Shown: positions 27,365-33,889 of the stretch, piece after piece
Layout: each line of letters starts with the position of its first letter
Numbering within the stretch: position 1 is the stretch's first letter
Assembly (NCBI GenBank): GCA_001769005.1
Contig: MENE01000137.1
Location: 1 to 33,889, forward strand
Source: Bacteroidetes bacterium GWA2_31_9b
Lineage (GTDB): Bacteria; Bacteroidota; Bacteroidia; Bacteroidales; UBA12077
Direction of reading: 5' to 3'
DNA length: 33,889 nucleotides
Program-made: the position numbers and the translations under genes
The notes under the pieces: generated by a model
What the model saw: the letters and a program-made list of their open reading frames with translations, nothing else
The model's database searches: none
Told to the model about the DNA's origin: nothing

Positions 27365-27883
27365 TTAATTATTTGTAGAATCTTTAATTTCTTTTTTTAC
27401 TTTTTTAATTTCTTTTGTAAACTCTTTTAAAGCTTTTCCAGCAGCACGACCAATGTCCTCAGCATTTTCTTCGATTAAAACGTCTATTTCACCTTCAAGT
27501 TCGTCCATTGTTTTTTCAAGGCTATCCATTTCACTTTCAGAGAATTCATCTTCAAGGCCTTTTTGAAGTTCTTTGCTGAATGCTTCAATTTTATCAGTTT
27601 TATGTCCAAATGAATTGAGTCTTATTCCAACATAAATCTGAGATAATGAAATAAATAATGCAACAATTGAAATAATTAAACCTGCGATAATTAAGCCTCT
27701 TAAATTGTCAGCTTTAACAGTTTTTGAAACAGCTATGGATGTAAAAATAATAGCCAATATTGCAGGTACAATTGCCCCAATACCTATTACTGGAATAAAA
27801 GCAGTTAAAATTGCAATTAATGCCAGAACAAAACCGGCAATACCTAGTCCCTGACTAACTCTTGGTGTTTTAATTTCTTCCAT
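27365..27883 (-). CDS. Hypothetical membrane protein (DUF4190-like N-terminus, acidic coiled-coil C-terminus)
   Basis: Three hydrophobic helices (GLGIAGFVLALIAILTAFIPVIGIGAIVPAILAIIFTSIAV, LIIAGLIISIVALFISL) are followed by a Glu/Lys-rich tail. Confidence 0.5.
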   Translation of the reverse strand: MEEIKTPRVSQGLGIAGFVLALIAILTAFIPVIGIGAIVPAILAIIFTSIAVSKTVKADNLRGLIIAGLIISIVALFISLSQIYVGIRLNSFGHKTDKIEAFSKELQKGLEDEFSESEMDSLEKTMDELEGEIDVLIEENAEDIGRAAGKALKEFTKEIKKVKKEIKDSTNN

Positions 27884-27948
27884 AATTCGTAAATTTTTAA
27901 TCGGGTTTTAGTATATAGACGTAAAGTATTTAAAAATGCTGCATGTGA

Positions 27949-28464
27949 TTATTTCTTCAATAATATCTCTTGAATATCTTTTTCAAGACTAAAAACAGGA
28001 GATTCAATAATACGACCAATTTCTGTTCCTTGTTTATAAAAGATGATTGTTGGAACAAGCTCTATAGTCAATTTATATACAGGAGTATTTTCTGCTTCTT
28101 TTGTTCTGTTTACTGCAATTATTGTCAAATCATCAAACATGTAATTTAGATGCTCTAAAATTTTATAAAATCGTGGAAATTCTCTTCTACTATCGCTACA
28201 CCAAGTACCTAGTACAATTGTAATTTCTAGCGAATCCAGGGCTTCCTGATTGATTAAACTTAGGGTTTCAGTATCAACAATATAATTATCGTATTCTGTT
28301 TGAAACCATTCATTAAATGTGCCAGATGTAAACCCTTCAATGTTACAAAAACCATAAAGAATTTCTTGGTTGGCTTTTTCATCAAAAATAACACTATTTA
28401 ATTCTTGTGAAAAACCATTTAAAAATGCAATAAGTATTAAAATGATTAAAAGAATTTTTTTCAT
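27949..28464 (-). CDS. Exported thioredoxin-fold protein with a monothiol WCSDS active-site variant
   Basis: Signal peptide. GTWCSDSRREFPRF occupies the position of WCxxC. A VPTIIFY cis-Pro loop context lies downstream. Confidence 0.65.
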   Translation of the reverse strand: MKKILLIILILIAFLNGFSQELNSVIFDEKANQEILYGFCNIEGFTSGTFNEWFQTEYDNYIVDTETLSLINQEALDSLEITIVLGTWCSDSRREFPRFYKILEHLNYMFDDLTIIAVNRTKEAENTPVYKLTIELVPTIIFYKQGTEIGRIIESPVFSLEKDIQEILLKK

Positions 28465-28517
28465 ATAATTAAAATATTTTTGTGAGCAATAAATTTAGAA
28501 TTTATTTACTAATAAAA

Positions 28518-28560
28518 AAAGTTTAAAAGAAGAAGGTTGACTATTCGTCAACCTTCTTCT
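28518..28560 (-). terminator. Rho-independent terminator whose 5' arm is the last codons of the bTHX gene
   Basis: A 14-bp perfect stem (28547-28560 pairs with 28528-28541) with loop GAATA (minus-strand reading). TTTTAAACTTTTTTT follows on the minus strand. Confidence 0.6.
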
Positions 28561-28768
28561 TTGTTGTTTTTTTTGGCTTTGGAGTTTCTTTTATTTCAGT
28601 TTTAACTTTTGCTTTTGATTCAGCTTTTACTTTTGGTTCTGTTTTAACTGGAGTCTTTGGTTTTACAGATGGAGCCGCAGCTTTTGTTTTTTTTCTTTTC
28701 GGACGGCGTACACCGTGTGAACCTATTACGATCTTACCTTTTCTGGTTTTTTTATCTCCTTTACCCAT
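28541..28768 (-). CDS. 30S ribosomal protein bTHX with a Lys/Pro/Ala-rich C-terminal extension
   Basis: The N-terminus MGKGDKKTRKGKIVIGSHGVRRPKRKK parallels Thermus THX ([25 protein letters not shown]). About 45 further residues of K/P/T/E repeats follow. Confidence 0.7.
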   Translation of the reverse strand: MGKGDKKTRKGKIVIGSHGVRRPKRKKTKAAAPSVKPKTPVKTEPKVKAESKAKVKTEIKETPKPKKTTKKKVDE

Positions 28769-28883
28769 AGTTTTAAGTTTAAAGTATGATTATTATTTTT
28801 TAGTCGTAATCAAATTTAATAAGAATAGATGTAACTGTGAAATTAATTCCAATAAAAAAGAATTCCATTAGAATTCAAGCAAT

Positions 28884-28925
28884 TAAAAAAAGGAAGCTGG
28901 AGTTTATCTCCAGCTTCCTTTTTTT
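28884..28925. terminator. Strong hairpin terminator after hppA
   Basis: AGGAAGCTGGAG (28891-28902) pairs with CTCCAGCTTCCT (28908-28919). A-run and T-run flanks mean a T-tail follows on the minus strand. Confidence 0.7.
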
Positions 28926-28942
28926 ATTAAAGTAATGTTATT

Positions 28943-31204
28943 TTACATCAATGCATAAGCGAGTGTAACACCAACCACAACGATTGACACCATACTCATA
29001 AGCTTAATAAGAATGTTTAAACTTGGTCCGGAAGTATCTTTAAATGGATCGCCAACAGTATCTCCTGTAACAGCAGCTTTATGAGCATCGGATCCTTTGC
29101 CGCCATAGTTGCCTTCTTCAATAAATTTTTTGGCATTATCCCATGCTCCACCTGCATTTGCCATAAAAATTGCAAGGATAAATCCGGTAGCAATACTACC
29201 TAAAAGAAGTCCCATAACTCCCGCAACTCCAAACAGAAGACCGGTAACAACAGGAATAGTAATAGCTAATAATGAAGGGAATAGCATTTCTCTTTGTGCT
29301 CCTTTAGTTGAAATTTCAACGCAACGTGCGTAATCTGGCTCAGCTTTTCCTTCAAGAATACCTTTAATCTCGCGGAACTGGCGACGAACCTCTTCAACCA
29401 TTTTTTGAGCAGCACGGCCTACAGCAGTCATTGTTAATCCGCAGAAAAGGAATGCAGCCATAGAACCTAAGAAGGCACCAACAAGAACCCGAGGATTCAT
29501 AAGGTCTACATGATAATAATGCATAATATCAATAATACTAGCATCATGAATATTTTTTCCTACTACATCTGCAAAAGCTTGAGCTTTTTCTGGTAGTCGA
29601 GTTAAACCAACCTTTATTTCTTCAATATAAGCAGCTAACAATGCAAGAGCTGTTAAAGCAGCTGATCCTATTGCAAAACCTTTACCAGTTGCTGCAGTTG
29701 TGTTGCCTAATGTATCAAGTGCATCAGTACGTTTACGAACTTCAGGACCTAAATGGCTCATCTCAGCGTTTCCTCCAGCATTATCAGCAATCGGACCATA
29801 AGCGTCTGTTGCTAAGGTTATTCCTAATGTAGACAACATGCCTACAGCTGCAATAGCAATACCGTAAAGACCTAAATTGATATTTGCGAATTCAAAATTT
29901 GCAGCAAATAGAAAAGCTAAAATTATTGCTGTACTTACAATTAAAACAGGAATTGCAACTGATATCATGCCAATACCAATACCATTAATAATAACTGTAG
30001 CAGGTCCGGTTTGAGATGATGATGCGATTCTTTGGGTTGGTTTATAAGCCGATGAAGTATAGTACTCCGTTGATTTACCTATACCAATACCAGCAATTAA
30101 TCCAATAATCATTGCGCCCCAAATTCCTACATAGTTTGGTAAATCAAGATACCAAAGGATTAAGAATGAAAATATTGCAATAAATACAGAGCTAATATTA
30201 ACACCACGAGCTAAAGCTGCTAATAATTGTTTTTGGGTAGCACCTTCTTTTGTACGAACCATAAAAATTCCAAGTATAGATAGTATGATACCAACAGCAG
30301 CTATTAACATTGGAGCAATAACAGCTCTGAACTGAATTGTTGCAGCTTGTTCTGATGTATAAATAAATCCGGCAGATGTCAAACTTGCTAAAGTAAATCC
30401 AGAAGCACCTAATGCAGCAGTTGAAAGGATTGAACCGCAATATGATTCATAAAGGTCAGCTCCCATACCGGCAACATCTCCTACGTTATCACCTACGTTA
30501 TCGGCAATAGTAGCAGGATTACGAGGATCATCTTCAGGAATACCTGCTTCTACTTTACCTACTAAGTCGGCACCAACATCGGCAGCTTTTGTAAAGATAC
30601 CGCCACCAACACGAGCAAAAAGAGCTTGTGTTGAAGCACCCATACCAAATGTAAGTGTAGTTGTAGTAATAATAATTAGTTTCATTGATGGATCGCTAGC
30701 AATGATAGCATTTGTTGTATTATCAAGAGCACCAATAATATGATTTAATGCAAAAAACCAAATCGATATATCAAGTAATCCTAAACCTACAACAACCAAG
30801 CCCATTACTGCTCCTGAACGAAAAGCAATTTTTAGTCCATCATTCAGCGATTTTTGAGCAGCATTTGCAGCACGTGCTGAAGCATAGGTTGCTGTCTTCA
30901 TTCCAAAGAAACCAGATAGAGCACTAAAAAAACCTCCAGTTATAAAAGCGAAGGGTACCCATGGGTTCTGAATCTTTAAAACATAGGCAAGTAGAATAAA
31001 AATCAGGGTTAATATTATAAATACTATCCCAACAACTTTGTATTGTTGTCTTAGATATGCCATTGCTCCGGTTCTAACGTGCAAAGCAATTCTCTTCATA
31101 GTATCAGTTCCTTCATCTGCCTTCATCATCTCCTTAAAGAAGTACCAAGCAAAGGACAGCGCTAATACTGAACAAGCAGGAACTAACCAAAAAATACTTT
31201 CCAT
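28943..31204 (-). CDS. hppA: Membrane-bound ion-translocating pyrophosphatase (K+-dependent type)
   Basis: About 16 TM helices. Canonical M-PPase motifs are present ([40 protein letters not shown]). [10 protein letters not shown] has Ala, not Lys, after GNTT, which is the K+-dependent signature. Confidence 0.95.
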   Translation of the reverse strand: MESIFWLVPACSVLALSFAWYFFKEMMKADEGTDTMKRIALHVRTGAMAYLRQQYKVVGIVFIILTLIFILLAYVLKIQNPWVPFAFITGGFFSALSGFFGMKTATYASARAANAAQKSLNDGLKIAFRSGAVMGLVVVGLGLLDISIWFFALNHIIGALDNTTNAIIASDPSMKLIIITTTTLTFGMGASTQALFARVGGGIFTKAADVGADLVGKVEAGIPEDDPRNPATIADNVGDNVGDVAGMGADLYESYCGSILSTAALGASGFTLASLTSAGFIYTSEQAATIQFRAVIAPMLIAAVGIILSILGIFMVRTKEGATQKQLLAALARGVNISSVFIAIFSFLILWYLDLPNYVGIWGAMIIGLIAGIGIGKSTEYYTSSAYKPTQRIASSSQTGPATVIINGIGIGMISVAIPVLIVSTAIILAFLFAANFEFANINLGLYGIAIAAVGMLSTLGITLATDAYGPIADNAGGNAEMSHLGPEVRKRTDALDTLGNTTAATGKGFAIGSAALTALALLAAYIEEIKVGLTRLPEKAQAFADVVGKNIHDASIIDIMHYYHVDLMNPRVLVGAFLGSMAAFLFCGLTMTAVGRAAQKMVEEVRRQFREIKGILEGKAEPDYARCVEISTKGAQREMLFPSLLAITIPVVTGLLFGVAGVMGLLLGSIATGFILAIFMANAGGAWDNAKKFIEEGNYGGKGSDAHKAAVTGDTVGDPFKDTSGPSLNILIKLMSMVSIVVVGVTLAYALM

Positions 31205-31467
31205 TTTTTTAAATTTTTAAATTAGTAATTATTATTAGTATCAATTTTTCCAATTTTAAAAAAGAGCATAGAGATTAAAAAAATCACTATGCATATATGT
31301 TACTTTTTACATATTAAAATCAAAATTAGTTTATTAAATTCTGTTGTACAACACAATTTTTAAATAATTATTCAAGGAATAAACTTTTATAAAAAAATAA
31401 CCGAAATGTTTTCTATTTTTGCAACGGGTGGAGAATTTTTAAAATGTAAAAGAGTTTTTAAAAACAT

Positions 31468-33006
31468 TCAGTTTCCCCATCCACTTCTATCCAAACTTCT
31501 ATATTGAATAGCTTCTGCAAGATGATAAGCCTGGATTTTTTCTTTTCCTTCGAGATCGGCAATGGTTCTGGAAACTTTTAAAATGCGGTCGTAAGCTCGT
31601 GCTGATAATCCAAGTTTTTCCATCGCTTTTTTAAGGAGAGTTTGTCCAGCAGAATCTATCTCACAAAACTCACGAATTTGCTTCGACGACATTTGCGCAT
31701 TACAATAAATATTTTCAAAATTTTCAAATCGTTTTGACTGTATTTCCCTTGCAATAATTACTCTTTCACGAATACTTGCACTACTCTCGGCAGGTTTTAT
31801 TTCTGACAATTTATCGTAAGAAACCGGAACAACTTCAACATGAATATCAATTCTATCAAGCAAAGGGCCTGAGATTTTATTTAAATACCTTTGAATACTC
31901 CCGGGAGCGCAAACACATTGTTTTTCAGGATGATTGTAATATCCGCAAGGGCATGGATTCATTGATGAAACGAGCATAAAACTTGCAGGATACTCAACAG
32001 TAAATTTTGCACGACTAATGGTAATTACTCTATCTTCAAGAGGCTGTCTCATTACTTCTAAAACTGATCGCTGAAATTCGGGCAGTTCATCTAAAAATAA
32101 AACACCATTATGAGCTAATGATATTTCACCAGGTTGAGGATATTGACCTCCACCAACAAGCGCAACATCGGAAATGGTATGATGAGGCGATCGGAATGGA
32201 CGTTTTGTCATCAGCGACGTTTCTGTATCAATTTTTCCTGCTACAGAATGAATTTTTGTTGTTTCTAATGCTTCGTGTAAAGTTAGCGGTGGTATTATAG
32301 TAGGTAGCCGTTTTGAAAGCATTGTTTTTCCTGCTCCCGGAGGACCGATCATAACAATATTATGTCCTCCTGCTGCTGCAATTTCGAGTGCTCGCTTAAC
32401 ATTTTCCTGTCCACGAACATCCGAAAAGTCAATATCGTAATTATTAACATTGTTAAAAAACTCTTCACGTGTATCGATTACAGTTTTTTCTAGTTCGCAT
32501 TCACCATTAAAGAAATCGATTACCTCTTTAATATTATCAACGCCATAAACATCAATATTATTAACAACAGATGCTTCGCGTGCATTTGCTTTTGGAAGAA
32601 TAAAACCTTTAAATCCTTCTTTGCGTGCTTGAATAGCTATTGGTAGAACACCTTTAATTTTTTGAACAGTCCCATCGAGCGAAAGTTCGCCCATAATAAC
32701 AAAATCATTTAAAGTGTCATGTTTTATAAGTTCAGATGCAGCTAAAACTCCGATCGCCAATGGTAAATCGTATGCCGAGCCTTCTTTGCGAATATCGGCA
32801 GGAGCCATATTAATAACAATTTTTTTACCCGGGACTTTTAGCCCGTGAGTTCTTAGAGCTGAATCTATACGTTGCTGACTTTCTTTTACTGCACTGTCGG
32901 GCAAACCTACAAGATAAAAATTTACTCCCTGGGAAACACTAACTTCTATGGTAATTGTTGTTGCATTAATTCCATGAACAGCGCTTCCGAATGTTTTTAC
33001 TAACAT
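31468..33006 (-). CDS. yifB: YifB/ComM-family Mg-chelatase-like AAA+ ATPase
   Basis: N-terminal Lon-protease-like domain, Walker [10 protein letters not shown], Walker [11 protein letters not shown], a Cys cluster (PCPCGY...CVC), and a C-terminal Mg-chelatase subunit ChlI-like helix bundle. Confidence 0.9.
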   Translation of the reverse strand: MLVKTFGSAVHGINATTITIEVSVSQGVNFYLVGLPDSAVKESQQRIDSALRTHGLKVPGKKIVINMAPADIRKEGSAYDLPLAIGVLAASELIKHDTLNDFVIMGELSLDGTVQKIKGVLPIAIQARKEGFKGFILPKANAREASVVNNIDVYGVDNIKEVIDFFNGECELEKTVIDTREEFFNNVNNYDIDFSDVRGQENVKRALEIAAAGGHNIVMIGPPGAGKTMLSKRLPTIIPPLTLHEALETTKIHSVAGKIDTETSLMTKRPFRSPHHTISDVALVGGGQYPQPGEISLAHNGVLFLDELPEFQRSVLEVMRQPLEDRVITISRAKFTVEYPASFMLVSSMNPCPCGYYNHPEKQCVCAPGSIQRYLNKISGPLLDRIDIHVEVVPVSYDKLSEIKPAESSASIRERVIIAREIQSKRFENFENIYCNAQMSSKQIREFCEIDSAGQTLLKKAMEKLGLSARAYDRILKVSRTIADLEGKEKIQAYHLAEAIQYRSLDRSGWGN

Positions 33007-33020
33007 CCGCTTTCGATTTA

Positions 33021-33587
33021 TTAAATTTTACTTTCGATATATTGTATCAGTGAATGTATAACTTTTATATGTATTTCCTGAACTCTATCAGCGTATTTTG
33101 AGTAAGGAGCTCTAATTTCAATATCGCACAATCCTGATAGTTTGCCGCCATCTTTACCTGTAAGGGCGATAACAAATAATCCATTTTCCTTTGCCTTTTC
33201 TGCAGCTTTTATAACGTTTTCAGAGTTTCCGCTTGTGCTGATTGCAAGAAGTGTATCTCCTTTTTTACCAATAGATTCAATAAATCTGGAAAAAATAAAA
33301 TCATATCCGAAATCATTTGCTGTACATGAAATATGTGTAGGATCTGAAATTGAGATTGCCGAAATTGCTTTACGGATTTCTCTGAATCTCCCACTTAATT
33401 CTTCGGCAAAATGCATCGCATCTGCCATTGATCCACCATTTCCACAGGAAATAATTTTACAACCTGATTTTATGGACTTTACCAATAAATCTCCGGCAGA
33501 TTCAATATTTTTAAAATTGTGCTCATTAGAAATAAACTGATTCAAAATTTCAAGAGATTCTAAGAAAGTATTTTTAATGGTAAACAT
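33021..33587 (-). CDS. gmhA: D-sedoheptulose-7-phosphate isomerase (SIS domain)
   Basis: [17 protein letters not shown] and [10 protein letters not shown] motifs typical of GmhA. Length is about 190 aa. Confidence 0.85.
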   Translation of the reverse strand: MFTIKNTFLESLEILNQFISNEHNFKNIESAGDLLVKSIKSGCKIISCGNGGSMADAMHFAEELSGRFREIRKAISAISISDPTHISCTANDFGYDFIFSRFIESIGKKGDTLLAISTSGNSENVIKAAEKAKENGLFVIALTGKDGGKLSGLCDIEIRAPYSKYADRVQEIHIKVIHSLIQYIESKI

Positions 33588-33843
33588 GTATTCTAAATAT
33601 TTATATTGCTAAGATATATATAATCTTTAAATTATTTAAATCACTTAGATTTGATTTTTTCAAAGTTTTTCTATTAATTACTCAGTATAATTTTCTTTAC
33701 ATTACAATCATTTTATTAATAAAACAATAATTAAAATCAATGAAAATATGATATTTCTGAAACACACTTTTTGAAAAATAAATCATAAAATTGATGATTG
33801 ATTTGGTTACATTTGTATAAATTTGATTATTGAATAATTTTTT

Positions 33844-33889
33844 ATGAGTAAGATTAAACTAAATGTACTTGGAATTTCTTATAGTCAAA
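33844..33889 (+). CDS. 5' end of an ORF running off the window (MSKIKLNVLGISYSQ...), possibly a DUF151 bifunctional-nuclease-family protein
   Basis: The ATG at 33844 has an A/T-rich upstream context and TAnnTTTG-like boxes at 33808-33815 and 33818-33825. The N-terminal peptide resembles starts of Bacteroidota DUF151 proteins as I remember them. Only 15 codons are visible. Confidence 0.3.
   Translation, partial: MSKIKLNVLGISYSQ

Noticed and set aside
29109-29333. Plus-strand ORFs inside hppA (29109-29333, 29641-29832, 31038-31220), plus a minus-strand alternative-frame ORF at 30198-30440.
   Set aside because: They lie entirely within, or antisense to, a strongly supported conserved gene. They have no recognisable motifs and show skewed composition typical of shadow frames.
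28943-31204. The visibly higher G+C content of hppA as a sign of horizontal transfer.
   Set aside because: The enrichment follows from the Gly/Ala/Val-rich composition of this highly conserved polytopic membrane protein. The flanks carry native-looking terminators and no mobility genes.
33142-33540. A 132-aa plus-strand ORF and a 61-aa minus-strand alternative-frame ORF (33209-33394) overlapping gmhA.
   Set aside because: gmhA motifs (GNGGS, STSGNS) identify the real frame. The overlapping frames have no family resemblance.
1-33889. A search for CRISPR arrays, IS elements or transposases, integrases next to the two tRNAs, prophage genes and rRNA.
   Set aside because: No regularly spaced direct repeats, no terminal inverted repeats bracketing an ORF, and no recombinase-like ORF were seen. 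Both tRNAs are flanked by ordinary chromosomal genes.

Overview
This is an AT-rich chromosomal window, most likely from a Bacteroidota genome. The phylum call rests on three things. Two promoters match TTTG-N19-TAnnTTTG. There is a bTHX ribosomal protein. There are many lipoproteins and Reg_prop/Y_Y_Y sensor architecture, with A-rich rather than Shine-Dalgarno start contexts.

I support 33 protein-coding genes (two partial at the window edges) and 2 tRNAs, Ala-GGC and Glu-UUC. I also call several hairpin/T-run terminators and a programmed +1 frameshift in prfB that the ORF track splits. Most genes are housekeeping: serS, ruvC, tonB-like, prfB, prmC, recX, ribD, rpsT, mpl, hppA, yifB/comM and gmhA. 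I saw no integrase, transposase, CRISPR array, phage genes or rRNA.

The non-housekeeping content is a set of signalling genes that look like an incompletely described partner-switching circuit:
- **Sensor operon (13119-18675):** an exported TPR/caspase-like (C14) lipoprotein is followed 10 nt later by a beta-propeller/Y_Y_Y transmembrane sensor fused to a SpoIIE/PP2C phosphatase.
- **Kinase/phosphoprotein operon (23985-25481, about 5.3 kb downstream, opposite strand):** a tandem-duplicated SiaB-like GHKL Ser/Thr kinase plus a DUF1987/SiaC-like phosphoprotein. No diguanylate cyclase or other recognisable output gene is in the window.

Secondary curiosities are a predicted HEPN (Rx4H)-CBS fusion protein, a tight MBL / DUF1353 / NdpA-like / 2-TM gene string, and a bTHX protein with a long Lys/Pro-rich tail. 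All family assignments come from motif recognition by eye, because no searches could be run.
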